A stretch of DNA of 64,000 nucleotides from an uncultured Chloroflexia bacterium (GTDB lineage Bacteria > Chloroflexota > Limnocylindria > Limnocylindrales > CSP1-4), in the NCBI GenBank assembly GCA_963767945.1, contig CAVYGH010000011.1:353599-417598 (forward strand). Direction: 5' to 3'. Made by a program: the position numbers and the translations under genes. The notes under the pieces were generated by a model. The model did not search any database. It was given only the letters and a program-made list of their open reading frames with translations, and was not told the DNA's origin. Of the stretch, positions 19,018 through 31,774 are shown one piece after another; within the stretch, counting starts at the first letter, position 1, and each line of letters starts with the position of its first letter.

Positions 19018-20179
19018 CGACGGCCGCGAGCCTGGCGACCGGGCCGACGGGGGACGGAGCGGGCAGCGACGCCCGCGTGAAGATCCGCGTGTACTCGGCG
19101 CCAACGCTCGACCACACCATGTCCCGGCTGTATTCGTACGCGCGCCGGCCCATCGTGAGCCGCTTGTCGCGATCGCCCAGCAGGTCGATGAAGGCCTCGG
19201 CCAGCGCTGCCGAGGACTCGGGCGCCACCAGGCGTCCACGTCCGTTGGCGAGCCGCTCCCTCGCGTAGGCGTACGGCGTGGACACGACCGCGTTGCCCGA
19301 GCCCATCGCGTACGACAGGGTCCCGGACACGATCTGGTCGAGGTTGGGATACGGGGTCACGAAGACATCCGCGGCCTCGAGCCACGTCCCGAGCTCCACG
19401 CGCCCGACGAACCGGTCGATGAACCGGACGGCATCGGTGACCCCGGCCTCGGCCGCGACGGCCTCGAGACGGCGTCGATACGCCTCGCCCTCGCGGAGCA
19501 GGAGGTCGGGGTGCGTGGCCCCGAGGATGACGTACACGGCCGACGGGATCGCCTCGACCACGGCGGGCATCGCCGCGATCGCGGACTCGTAGCCCTTTCC
19601 GGGACCGAGCAGCCCGAAGCTCAGGATCACGCCGCGGCCCTCGAGCTCGAGGCGCGGCTTGATCGTGTCGGGGTCCACCAGCGGCAGGTTCGGCACGCCG
19701 TGGGGGACGATCTCGAGCCGATGCTCGTCGACGCCGTAGGAGCGGACCAGCAGCGATGCCGCGGCGCGAGACATGACCACCGTCGTCGCGGACAGGGCGA
19801 CCAGGGTCGCGAGGATCTGACGCTGCGCGGCCGTCGGTCGACGGAGGACCGTGTGGAGGGTCGTGACGACCGGGCGGTTGAGCGCCCGCACGAAGTCGAG
19901 GACGTAGGCGCCGTCCGGGCCACCCCAGATCCCGTACTCGTGCTGGATCGAGACGACGTCGATGCTCGACGCGTTGACCGCATCGGCGACGGCGATGTAG
20001 TCGTGCTGGACGTCGCGCCGGATGCGGTGGCGGACCTCCGTCGGATACACCGCGGGCCCGGAGGCCGGGTGCAGGGCGATGATCTGGTGATGGCCGGCGT
20101 TCGCGGCCAGGTCGCGGGTGAAGGTGGCGATGCCGCAGCGGTGCGGCGGGTAGGTCGAGACGAATGCGGTTGTCGGGAT
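19010..20179 (-). CDS. Family 4 glycosyltransferase; true start uncertain
   Basis: The 346-aa ORF has the GT4 C-terminal domain (..FVTPYPNLDQIVSGTLSYAMGSGNAVVSTPYAYARE..). The conserved N-terminus IPTTAFVSTYPPHRCGIATFTRDLA is in frame upstream of the track start (20050). No ATG/GTG/TTG precedes it. ATC 20179 has GGAG 7 nt upstream. Confidence 0.75.
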   Translation of the reverse strand: MPTTAFVSTYPPHRCGIATFTRDLAANAGHHQIIALHPASGPAVYPTEVRHRIRRDVQHDYIAVADAVNASSIDVVSIQHEYGIWGGPDGAYVLDFVRALNRPVVTTLHTVLRRPTAAQRQILATLVALSATTVVMSRAAASLLVRSYGVDEHRLEIVPHGVPNLPLVDPDTIKPRLELEGRGVILSFGLLGPGKGYESAIAAMPAVVEAIPSAVYVILGATHPDLLLREGEAYRRRLEAVAAEAGVTDAVRFIDRFVGRVELGTWLEAADVFVTPYPNLDQIVSGTLSYAMGSGNAVVSTPYAYARERLANGRGRLVAPESSAALAEAFIDLLGDRDKRLTMGRRAYEYSRDMVWSSVGAEYTRIFTRASLPAPSPVGPVARLAAVGG

Positions 20180-20268
20180 CGCGGGGCTCCGTTCACGCGG
20201 GTGCGGAGGTTGGACCGGGATCGACGCCCGCGCGGGTGCCGCGCTCGGCCGCAGAGACAGAGAACGAC

Positions 20269-20295
20269 AAGGCCGTCGCGGATCGCGACGGCCTT
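20269..20295 (-). terminator. Rho-independent-type terminator downstream of csp
   Basis: AAGGCCGTCGCG-GAT-CGCGACGGCCTT, a 12-bp perfect stem, followed on the minus strand by GTCGTTCTCTGTCTCTG. It lies 24 nt after the csp stop. Confidence 0.55.
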
Positions 20296-20318
20296 CGTCG
20301 ACTGGTGTGCGCGACGGC

Positions 20319-20522
20319 TTAGGCCGCGGTCACCTGGATGGCGCGCGGGCCCTTGGGGCTCTGCTCGACTTCGAACTCCACGGTCTCGCCGCCGGTGAGG
20401 CGATCGAAATCGAGGGGAGCCTGCAGGCCGCCGCGGTGGAAGAAGTACTCCTTGCCGTCTTCGGCGCTGATGAAGCCGAAGCCACGGTCGGAGACGACCT
20501 TCTTGATGGTGCCCTTGGTCAT
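20319..20522 (-). CDS. cspA: Cold-shock protein (CspA family, CSD)
   Basis: MTKGTIKKVVSDRGFGFISAEDGKEYFFHRGGL... carries the RNP1 (GFGFI) and RNP2 (FFH) motifs in 67 aa. It is embedded in a longer artefactual ORF. A long 5' leader (about 20523-20700) is typical of csp genes. Confidence 0.9.
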   Translation of the reverse strand: MTKGTIKKVVSDRGFGFISAEDGKEYFFHRGGLQAPLDFDRLTGGETVEFEVEQSPKGPRAIQVTAA

Positions 20523-20874
20523 TGGTCTGACCCTTTCGTTTCCCGAACCACAGAACCGACGCACGGCCCGTTCGAGAAGAGGGTCGACCACGCGGAGCAT
20601 CACCACAAGAGGCGGCGACCCCTCCACCGTACTCGCAATCGGCCCAGAACACAATCTCGGCAGGGCGTCGCGGGGCGGTCGGCGGGCCTCGCGGGGCGTC
20701 GCCGGGCGTCGCTCCGGCGCTGCGCCATCGTCATTCGTCGACCGCGTCACCCGACCGGCGTCCGCGCGCTCTGGCATCGCGCGTCCGATGGCGTCCCCGG
20801 GCAGCGCGGCGAGCATCGGGTCACCGATCGCCTGGATCGCCGACCCCTCGACCTCACCTAGGAGCCCGACCGCG

Positions 20875-22302
20875 ATGCCCGACCTCGTCGCCGCCCCCGC
20901 CGCCCCGCACCGCGCTCCCGCCCCCGTCACCGCCGACTCCCCGATCTCCGGCACGGACCTGCGCGCCCTGCGCGCGGCCATCGGCGGGCGCGTGCTCGTC
21001 CCGGGCGACCCGGGCTTCGACGACGCGCGCGGCGTCCACAACTCGCACTACGACCGGCAGCCGGCGGTGATCGTCCGGCCCGAGACCGCGATCGACGTCT
21101 CGCGGGCCGTGACGACCGCCCGCGAGCTGGACCTCGAGATCGCCGTCAAGGGCGGCGGCCACAGCGTCGCCGGGCACTCGACGACCGACGGCGGCCTGCT
21201 GATCGACCTCGGCGCGATGCGCGCCGTCGACATCGACCCCGTGCGCCGGATCGGGTCCGCCCAGGGCGGCGCGACCGCCGGCGAGTACACGACCGCCGCC
21301 GGCACGCATGGCTTCGCGACGCCGTTCGGCGACACCGGCTCGGTCGGCCTCGGCGGCCTGACGCTCGGCGGCGGCATCGGCTGGCTCGCCCGCAAGCACG
21401 GCATGACCATCGACAGCCTGGTCGAGGTGGACCTCGTGACCGCCGACGGCCGGCTGGTGACCGTCAGCGAGGCCGCGGACCCCGACCTGTTCTGGGCGAT
21501 CCGCGGCGGCGGCGGCAACTTCGGCATCGCCACCCGCTTCCGCTACCGGCTGCACCCGGTCGACATGGTCACCGGCGGCATGCTCGTGCTGCCGCTGACC
21601 CAGCAGGTCCTGCGCGACCTCGTCGACGCCTCGCTGGCCGCGCCCGAGGAGCTCACCCAGATCACGTTCGTCATGGGCCTGCCGCCCGCGCCGTTCGTCC
21701 CGCCGGAGGCCGTCGGCATGCCCGCGGTCGTCGTGATGCCGGTGCACGCCGGTCCGCTCGAGGACGGCGCCGCCGCCATGGCCCCGTTCCGGGCGATCGC
21801 CACGCCCCTCGCCGACATGGTCGGCCCGATGCCCTACCCGGCGATGTACCAGCTGACCGCCGAGGGCGCGGAGCCGAGCCCGGGCGTCGTCCGCTCGGCA
21901 TTCCTGCCGGACCTGGCCTCGACGGCCATCGACGCCATCGTCGATCGCCACTCGAGCCCGGCGGGCGCCGCGGCGATGACCCAGCTCCGCGTGCTGGGCG
22001 GTGAGATGGGCCGCGTGCCCGCCGACGCCACGGCGTTCGCGCATCGCGACGGCACGGTGATGGCCTCGGTCATGGCCCACGCCGCGGGCGAGTACCAGGA
22101 CACCGTCACGTTCGCCGACGCCTACCTCGCCGACCTGTCGGCCGGCTCGACCGGCGTGTACGCGAACTTCCTGGGCGACGAGGCGCCGTCCCGGCTCCAC
22201 GCCGCCTATCCCGGCGCGACCTACGAGCGCCTCGTCCAGGTGAAGCGTCGCGTGGATCCCGACAACGTGTTCCACGCGAACCACAACATCCGGCCCGACT
22301 GA
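20875..22302 (+). CDS. FAD-linked oxidase (PCMH/VAO fold) with a BBE-like C-terminus
   Basis: From MPDLVAAP (AGGAG 9 nt upstream): PAVIVRP..AVTTARELDLEIAVKGGGHSVAGHS, GGATAGEY, GLGGLTLGGGIGWL, and C-terminal VDPDNVFHANHNIRP. Confidence 0.85.
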   Translation: MPDLVAAPAAPHRAPAPVTADSPISGTDLRALRAAIGGRVLVPGDPGFDDARGVHNSHYDRQPAVIVRPETAIDVSRAVTTARELDLEIAVKGGGHSVAGHSTTDGGLLIDLGAMRAVDIDPVRRIGSAQGGATAGEYTTAAGTHGFATPFGDTGSVGLGGLTLGGGIGWLARKHGMTIDSLVEVDLVTADGRLVTVSEAADPDLFWAIRGGGGNFGIATRFRYRLHPVDMVTGGMLVLPLTQQVLRDLVDASLAAPEELTQITFVMGLPPAPFVPPEAVGMPAVVVMPVHAGPLEDGAAAMAPFRAIATPLADMVGPMPYPAMYQLTAEGAEPSPGVVRSAFLPDLASTAIDAIVDRHSSPAGAAAMTQLRVLGGEMGRVPADATAFAHRDGTVMASVMAHAAGEYQDTVTFADAYLADLSAGSTGVYANFLGDEAPSRLHAAYPGATYERLVQVKRRVDPDNVFHANHNIRPD

Positions 22303-22335
22303 CGGCGGCCCGCCGCCCGAACCCTCGCGCCTCCC

Positions 22336-22365
22336 GCGCCCCCGGTGGTCCGCCGCCGGGGGCGC
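22336..22365 (+). terminator. Hairpin downstream of the FAD oxidase gene
   Basis: GCGCCCCCGG ...10 nt... CCGGGGGCGC, a 10-bp perfect stem, 34 nt after the stop. Confidence 0.4.
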
Positions 22366-22503
22366 ATCCGCGTCCCGGGCGCCGGAATCGCCGCCTCCGC
22401 GGCATAAGGCAACTTCACCCGTCCGCTACCGGTCCTGAAGCCTGAGGCATCATGCTCGCCAGAGCGCCCGAGTCCTCGCGCGCGCCCCGAAGCCCTGAGA
22501 CTG

Positions 22504-23881
22504 ATGACCGAACCCCTCGATCCCACGCCGTCAACCGCCCCGGAGCCCCCGATCGCGCAGCCGGTCGTGCCCCAGCCCCCGCCGGCGCCGGCCCTCACCA
22601 CGCGGACCACGTCCCGCACCGGCTACTCGCGCTGGGTGTTCGGCGTCCTCGCCCCCGTCCTCGCGATCGTCGTGTTCGCGGGCGGGGTGGCGGTGGGCAA
22701 CAGCGGCGCGCTCGCGGGCGGGCCCGGCCCCAATGGCGGCCAGACCGCCGGACCGGGCGCCGGCGGGTCCGGCGCCGACCTCGCGCTGATCGAGGAGGCG
22801 TGGAAGGCGATCCAGGACAACTACGTCGACGCCCAGCACCTCGATGACCGCGACCTCGCCTACGGCGCGATCCGGGGCATGACCGAGGCCGTCGGCGACG
22901 AGGGCCACACGTCGTTCCTGACCGCCGACGAGGCGAAGGCCGTCGACCAGTCGCTGTCGGGCACGTTCGTGGGCATCGGCGTCCAGCTCGACGAGGACGA
23001 GTCCAAGGGCCCGATCATCCGCTCGATCATCCCGGGCACGCCGGCCGAGGAGGCCGGGCTGCGCCGGGGCGACCTGATCGTCGCCGTCGACGGCAAGACC
23101 ACCGAGGGCGAGACCATCGACGAGGTCGTGTCGCGGGTCCGCGGCCCCGAGGGCGAGCCCGTCACGCTGTCGATCCAGCGCGGCGAGGGCAAGCCGTTCG
23201 ACGTCGCCATCACCCGCAAGCAGTTCGACCTGCCGCTGGTGAGCTGGGCGATGGTCCCGGGCCGCAAGGTCGCGTTCATCCGGCTGGACCAGTTCGCCAC
23301 CGGCGCGACCGACGGCGTCGAGGCCGCCATCAAGGGCGCGACGGGCGACGGCGCGACGGCCATCATCCTCGACCTGCGGGGCAACCCCGGCGGCTACGTC
23401 AACGAGGCCGTCGGCGTCGCGAGCCAGTTCGTCGGGCGACGGCACGGTGTACCGGTCGGTCGACGCCAGCGGCACCGAGAAGGACGTCCCGGTCAAGCCG
23501 GGCGGCCTCGCGACCGGGATCCCGCTGGTCGTGCTCACCGACGGCAGCACCGCCAGCTCCGCCGAGATCGTGACCGGGGCCATCCAGGACGCCGACCGCG
23601 GCCAGGTCGTGGGCGACAAGACGTTCGGCACGGGGACGGTCCTCGGACGGTTCGACCTCGCGGACGGCTCGTCCCTGCGGATCGGCGTCGAGCGCTGGCT
23701 GACCCGGGACGGCCGGCCGATCTGGCACGAGGGCCTCGAGCCGGACGTGAAGGTGACGCTGCCCGACACGGTCGCGCCGCTGCTCCCGGACGACATCCGG
23801 GACATGACGCCGGCCGAGCTCGCCGGGTCGGACGATACGCAGCTCCTGAAGGGCCTGGAGCTGCTGCGAGGCGAGGGCTAG
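22504..23881 (+). CDS. S41-family C-terminal processing peptidase (Ctp) with N-terminal TM anchor and PDZ domain; frame break near 23436
   Basis: TM segment WVFGVLAPVLAIVVFAGG. PDZ region GIGVQL...IIRSIIPGTPAEEAGLRRGDLIVAVDG. Then LDLRGNPGGYV. After an extra g: GDGTVYRS...VVLTDGSTASSAEIV (catalytic Ser) ...KTFGTGTV. Confidence 0.85.
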
Positions 23882-24074
23882 CCGGCCGCCTTCGCCTCGG
23901 CGACGTGGCGGCTCCAGCTGGAGGTCCGCCCGTCGGACGACTGGGAGCTGCCCACCCAGCCGCAGACGCAGGTGACCTGCTGCTCGCGATGCCGGTAGTC
24001 GGCGATCACGTGCTTGCGCGGGTCGGGCTCGCTCGGCGGGCGCCGAGGGGGCAGGCTCGTCGGCGGTCGGGTGG
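23878..24074 (-). CDS. Possible small Cys-containing protein (CxCGW motif), low confidence
   Basis: The C-terminal part of ORF 23878..24234 reads ..KHVIADYRHREQQVTCVCGWVGSSQSSDGRTSSWSRHVAEAKAAG. A GTG at 24074 lies just after the zinc-ribbon gene stop. The CxCGW motif resembles ORF 15990..16178. Confidence 0.3.
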
Positions 24075-24088
24075 GATCCCCCACCGAA

Positions 24089-24433
24089 CTAGGCTCGACG
24101 CTGCGCGAAGCAGGCGCTGCAGTAGACGGGCTTGCCGGACGTCGGCTTGAAGGGGACCTCGGTCTCCTGGCCGCACGACGAGCAGGTGGCCGGGAACATC
24201 TCGCGCGGACCGCGCGACCCGTAGCCGCCGCCACCGCCGGAGCTGTAGCCGCCGCCGGAGCTGTAGGAGCCGCCGCCGCCCTCGGCGTTGCGCGCGGCCT
24301 TGCGGCTCGCCCGGCACGATGCGCAGCGGCGCGGCTCGGTGAACCCGCGCTCCGCGTAGAAGTCCTGCTCGCTGGCAGTGAACGTGAACTCCTGGCCGCA
24401 GTCGCTGCAGGTCAGGGTCTTGTCGATGGTCAT
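24089..24433 (-). CDS. Zinc-ribbon protein with two CxxC..CxxC modules separated by a Gly/Ser/Tyr-rich linker
   Basis: MTIDKTLTCSDCGQEFTFTASEQDFYAERGFTEPRRCASCR ... GGGGSYSSGGGYSSGGGGGYGS ... ATCSSCGQETEVPFKPTSGKPVYCSACF. AAGGAGAGG lies upstream of the ATG. Confidence 0.7.
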   Translation of the reverse strand: MTIDKTLTCSDCGQEFTFTASEQDFYAERGFTEPRRCASCRASRKAARNAEGGGGSYSSGGGYSSGGGGGYGSRGPREMFPATCSSCGQETEVPFKPTSGKPVYCSACFAQRRA

Positions 24434-24633
24434 GAGTGACCCTCTCCTTGTGTGAGGGACGGTTTCCGCGACCAGACCTTCGCGGAAAACCGGAGGGGAG
24501 AGGATCGGGTGGCCGTACCGCCTGTGCGCCCTTCATCGGGCGTCGCGTGAGGATAGGGCTTCTGGGCCGATCGCGAAAGTCCGACGCGTGATCGCGGGCC
24601 ATCCGAACTCCGAGGCGCGCTCCGAGGCGACCG

Positions 24634-24988
24634 CTACTTCTTGGCCGGCAGGCTCCCCGCGAAGGCGATCGCCTTCTCGAGCCAGCCGTCGAGCGCGGCG
24701 TCGTCGGCGACCACGTCCGGTGGCAGGGTCGCGTAGCCGCGCATCGTCCGGCCCGGCATCGGGGAGAACGGACCGGCGCCCGGCAGGGCGACCAGCGCGT
24801 CGAGGTCCGCCGGTCCGAGCCGGACCATCCAGGTGTCCGCGAACAGGCCGGTCGCGAGGTTGCCGCCGACGAACAGGGCCGGGTAGCCGAACATCTTCCG
24901 GCGCTGGGCGTCGGGATGGCGCTCGGCGGCCGCGTCGAAGCGCTCGACGAGCTCGGGCGGCGACTTCGTGAACGCGCGGCACGGCCAT
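24634..24988 (-). CDS. TfoX/Sxy N-terminal-domain family protein; frame break near the 5' end (about 24970)
   Basis: ORF 24634..24894 reads MFGYPALFVGGNLATGLFADTWMVRL... The same frame is open upstream (FTKSPPELVERFDAAAERHPDAQRRK) but has no start. An ATG at 24988 in the adjacent frame (MAVPR..) fits a single inserted base. Confidence 0.55.
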
Positions 24989-25990
24989 CAGTCGGCCTCG
25001 GCGCGCCGACGCGACCGGCAGCACCAGGACGTACTTGCCCTCGAGCGCGGCATTGCCCGGGATCGACCGCCAGAACGCCGTCCACGCGCTGTTGCCCGGG
25101 CGACGCTGGCGCCGCACGAACTGGCGCCCGACGGCCTGGACCGAGATCGACCGTCCGGGCTTCGGGCTGGGTCCCCAGCCGCTCCCGCCGTACGGGTGGA
25201 GCGGGTCGAGGATGTTGGCGCGCGTGACGGTGAAGCCGCCGGGCGCCCTGCGCTCGACGACCGCCTGGTAGCCGCTCATCACCCACGCGTGGCGACCGCG
25301 CCAGACGAGCAGCCCGACGGGGCGTCGCTGGTCGTGGATCGCCCTCGCGGCCAGCCGCATCGCCTGGCGCAGGTTGTCCGCGCCGACGACGGCGTAGTCG
25401 CCGCCGCCGCGCAGCGGGAGCGTCGCGGCCCAGCCCCAGACGCCGGCGCCGCTGCGCACGAACCCGGGCGGCGTCGGGCCGCTCAGCCTTCGCGCCTGGA
25501 CCTGGAGCCGATGCTGGTACGCGGCCGTGCGGTCCACGCCCGGCTTGATGATGTTGAGCATCATCTGGACGCTGGCGCCGACGCACTGCACGAGGTTCGT
25601 CTGGGCGACGTAGTCGCGCGCCCCGGCGAGGTCCAGGCGGACGGTCCGCCCGTTCGTGCCGCCGACGGGCGACCGGGACGCCGGTCCCTCGGCGGTCGCG
25701 GGCACCGGATCCGGCGAGGCGGGGTCCGGCGACGTTGTCGGTGCCGGGACCGGGGTCGGGGGCGGCGGGGCCGGGGACGCCGGGAGCGGCGGCAGCACGG
25801 CGATCGCGTCCGGATCGGCCGGCGGCGTCGGATCGGGCGTCGCCACCTCGGCAGGAACGCCGCCCGCGCGGACGGTGGCGGGATCGTCGGCGAGGGCCCG
25901 CTCGCCGGCCGGGGCGAGCGCGACCGGAGCGACCGCCACCACGAGGGCGATGGCGGCGATGGCGGCGGCGAGGGCAGGTCGCGACGACAT
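24988..25990 (-). CDS. Secreted papain-fold (peptidase C39-like) protein with a Pro-rich linker; 3' end uncertain
   Basis: MSSRPALAAAIAAIALVVAVAPVALA (signal/anchor), a Pro-rich spacer, then QTNLVQCVGASVQMMLNII (Gln..Cys) and GRHAWVMSGY (His). The listed ORF reads through into the TfoX gene. One inserted base near 25000 would give ..PVASARRAEAD-TGA at 24988-24990, overlapping the TfoX ATG (TGATG). Confidence 0.55.
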
Positions 25991-26004
25991 CGGGTTGTGG
26001 AACC

Positions 26005-26310
26005 TTACGCCCGAATCGGGCAATTCGGTTCCGACCGGGTCATGGAACGGAGACGATGGGCACGACCAGCACCGACACCCATCGCGACCGCGACCGCCTC
26101 CGCCCCGGCGGGGACGTCGTGCGCAACGGCGATGTCGACCGATCGAACGCGCCTGATCGATGGCGTCGGGTCGAAGTCAGGGGAGATGGCCACCGCGCGG
26201 CGCGTGGACGCCGGCTCGGCGCCCGAATCGATGATCGTCATCACGACCTCCAGCCGTTCGGGTCGGACAGCCGTCGGGTCGAGCGCGAGCGCGAGGCGCG
26301 GACCGGCAAC
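26005..26310 (-). CDS. Possible short hypothetical ORF or gene remnant between metH and the C39-like gene
   Basis: This is the tail of ORF 26005..26565: (V)AGPRLALALDPTAVRPERLEVVMTIIDSGAEPASTRRAVAISPDFDPT... GC3 is high for the first ~45 codons after MTIID, then drops. I recognised no family. Confidence 0.25.
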   Translation of the reverse strand, partial: VAGPRLALALDPTAVRPERLEVVMTIIDSGAEPASTRRAVAISPDFDPTPSIRRVRSVDIAVAHDVPAGAEAVAVAMGVGAGRAHRLRSMTRSEPNCPIRA

Positions 26311-26386
26311 CGGGTCCCGAGTCGGGCGCCACAACCCCGCGGACGCCACCGACCCACAGTATCGCGGCGCGATGTCGCCCGGAGGC

Positions 26387-30119
<3,733 letters not shown>

Positions 30120-30296
30120 CCGCGTGGCGTGGGTGAACGGCGTGTGCGAGTGGTGGCGGTCGGCATCGGACGGCGAGTGTACGCCGGGATTTGAGCACGC
30201 CCTAAGGCCACCTGAAGGCGCGTGTCGAGGATGCGCTCAACACGAACCCGACGCGGGCCGGCTCGCCGGACCGCCCACCACCCTGAGGACCGACCG

Positions 30297-30719
30297 ATGC
30301 ACGCCAGCAAGATCCCAGCCGCCAGGACCGAGGGCACCGCCCCCATGGCGGCCGAGCCCATGACCCAGGACCTCGTCGCCGAGCGCCGGCCGGACGTCGA
30401 CGGCTCGTGGGTGCAGCGCCGGCTGCGCGTGGTCGCCCGTCGGCGGGTGCGGGTGGCGGTCGAGACGCTCGACGCGACGGGCCGGATCGCGTCCGACGGC
30501 GACCTGGTCGTCGCCCTCGAGACGGTGCGCGCCCGGGATCCGCGGATCCTCGCCTGGCGGGCGAACCGCGAGGTCGACCTCGTCGTCGTCCATGACGGCT
30601 GCGGGGCGCGGGTCATCGGCACCGGGGGCACCGCCGGCCGGATCGAGCTGCCGGGCGCCCTCGGCGCCGACGCGTTCCTCGCCTTCTGCTACGACACCGA
30701 CCCCGGGCCGAGCCTGTAG
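30297..30719 (+). CDS. Hypothetical protein
   Basis: Part of ORF 30222..30719. ATG 30297 has GAGGA 8 nt upstream. The sequence is ..MTQDLVAERRPDVDGSWVQRRLRVVARRRVRVAVETLDATGRIASDGDLVVALETV.. and I recognised no family. The start is uncertain (alternatives at 30345 and 30360). Confidence 0.4.
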   Translation: MHASKIPAARTEGTAPMAAEPMTQDLVAERRPDVDGSWVQRRLRVVARRRVRVAVETLDATGRIASDGDLVVALETVRARDPRILAWRANREVDLVVVHDGCGARVIGTGGTAGRIELPGALGADAFLAFCYDTDPGPSL

Positions 30720-30763
30720 GCGCGCTTTAAGGGCGCCCGAAGGCCCATCGCGAGGATCTGGAC

Positions 30764-30970
30764 GTGGACACCTTCGTCATCCGTCTCTGGAGCCCCGCCG
30801 ACCGGGCCTCGACCGCGCCCGACGACCCTCGCGGCGTCGCGCGCCACGTCGGAACCGGCCGGGCCGAGGCCTTCAGGGACGGGACGGAGCTCCTCGTCCT
30901 CCTCCGCGAGCTCCCGCTCCGCGAGGACGACGCCACGCAGCCTGCCGATGCCGGCGCCGAGCCGGCCTGA
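30764..30970 (+). CDS. Small hypothetical protein (VDTFVIRLW..RGVARHVGTGRAEAF..ELLVLL type)
   Basis: 68 aa with a GTG start and GAGGA 7 nt upstream. It resembles small conserved actinobacterial hypotheticals I recall with an F/VVIRLW ... RG.V.HV.SG ... F motif. This is unverified. Confidence 0.4.
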   Translation: MDTFVIRLWSPADRASTAPDDPRGVARHVGTGRAEAFRDGTELLVLLRELPLREDDATQPADAGAEPA

Positions 30971-31002
30971 TCCCGTCCATGCCTGCCCAGGAGACCCCCG
31001 CC

Positions 31003-31668
31003 ATGACCGCCACGCCCCGTCGCCCGATCCGCCGGGCCGGCCGATCGTTCATCGCCACGCTGTTCGTGGGCGTCCTGCTCGCCGCCCCCGCGGCGACGCT
31101 CGCGACGCAGCCCGCGCCCGACCACAAGGTCACGATCTGCCATCGCACCGACAGCAACACCCACCCGTACACCGAAGAGACCGTCGACATCGCGTCCTCG
31201 GGTCATCTCCAGGGCGGCCACGACACCGAGCACGAGGGCCCGATCTGGAACCCGACCCTCAAGGCCGACAAGGTCGAGTGGGGCGACATCATCCCGCCCT
31301 ACACCTACGGCGAGTTCTCGTACGCCGGCCAGAACTGGACCGACGAGGGCCAGGCGATCCTGCGGGACGGGTGCGTCGTCGAGCCGCCCGCCGACGAGCC
31401 ACCCGACGATCCGTCCGAGGACCCGAGCGAGCCCGTCGAGACCGAGTCGGCGCCGGTCGAGACCGAGAGCGTCCCCGTCGAGACGCCGGACGGCAGCGTC
31501 GAGGCCGAGACCGGCACGCCGCACGAGGGCCTCACCCCGCCCCCGACCGACACGCTCGACGAAGGCGGCCAGACGAGCGACCCGACGACGGCGCTGCTCC
31601 TGATCGCCGCGATCGCCCTCGGCGCGGGCCTGAGCGTCGACCGGGCCCGGGCGAAGGCCCGCCGCTGA
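31003..31668 (+). CDS. Secreted, C-terminally membrane-anchored protein with a His/Cys-rich KVTICHRT..HLQGGHDTEHEG domain and an acidic repeat linker
   Basis: Signal peptide RRAGRSFIATLFVGVLLAAPAATLA. Then HKVTICHRTDSNTHPYTEETVDIASSGHLQGGHDTEHEG, and an acidic PVETES repeats region. The C-terminal TM is ALLLIAAIALGAGL followed by RARAKARR. AGGAGA lies 10 nt upstream of ATG 31003. Confidence 0.55.
   Translation: MTATPRRPIRRAGRSFIATLFVGVLLAAPAATLATQPAPDHKVTICHRTDSNTHPYTEETVDIASSGHLQGGHDTEHEGPIWNPTLKADKVEWGDIIPPYTYGEFSYAGQNWTDEGQAILRDGCVVEPPADEPPDDPSEDPSEPVETESAPVETESVPVETPDGSVEAETGTPHEGLTPPPTDTLDEGGQTSDPTTALLLIAAIALGAGLSVDRARAKARR
31432..31494 (+). repeat. Three in-frame tandem 21-nt repeats (PVETESA / PVETESV / PVETPDG)
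   Basis: cccgtcgagaccgagtcggcg / ccggtcgagaccgagagcgtc / cccgtcgagacgccggacggc, inside CDS 31003..31668. Confidence 0.7.
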
Positions 31669-31719
31669 TCGCCGCGGGCCGGCCGCCCGCGCCGCCGGCC
31701 CACCACCGCTTCCCCGCTC

Positions 31720-31749
31720 GGCCCCGATCCGTTGCCCCGGATCGGGGCC
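31720..31749. terminator. Hairpin between convergent genes (candidate bidirectional terminator)
   Basis: GGCCCCGATCCG-TTGCCC-CGGATCGGGGCC, a 12-bp perfect stem, between the 31668 stop (+) and the 31775 stop (-). Confidence 0.5.
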
Positions 31750-31774
31750 ACTCGCGTCCCGGTCGGCGCCGCGC

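Noticed and set aside
24461-24491. Imperfect hairpin GGTTTCCGCGA..TCGCGGAAAACC between the TfoX gene and the zinc-ribbon gene.
   Set aside because: The stem has a bulge and no U tract. It could be a weak terminator for the TfoX gene, but the evidence is too thin.
30120-30296. Possible riboswitch (SAH, SAM or B12) in the metH 5' leader. The minus strand contains UUGAGCGC ... CAGGUGGCC ... GGGCGUGCUCAA, faintly reminiscent of the SAH element.
   Set aside because: I could not reconstruct the SAH P2 hairpin or pseudoknot, nor any B12/SAM core motifs, from the sequence. It needs a covariance-model scan (Rfam RF01057, RF00174, RF00162, RF00634) before it can be claimed.
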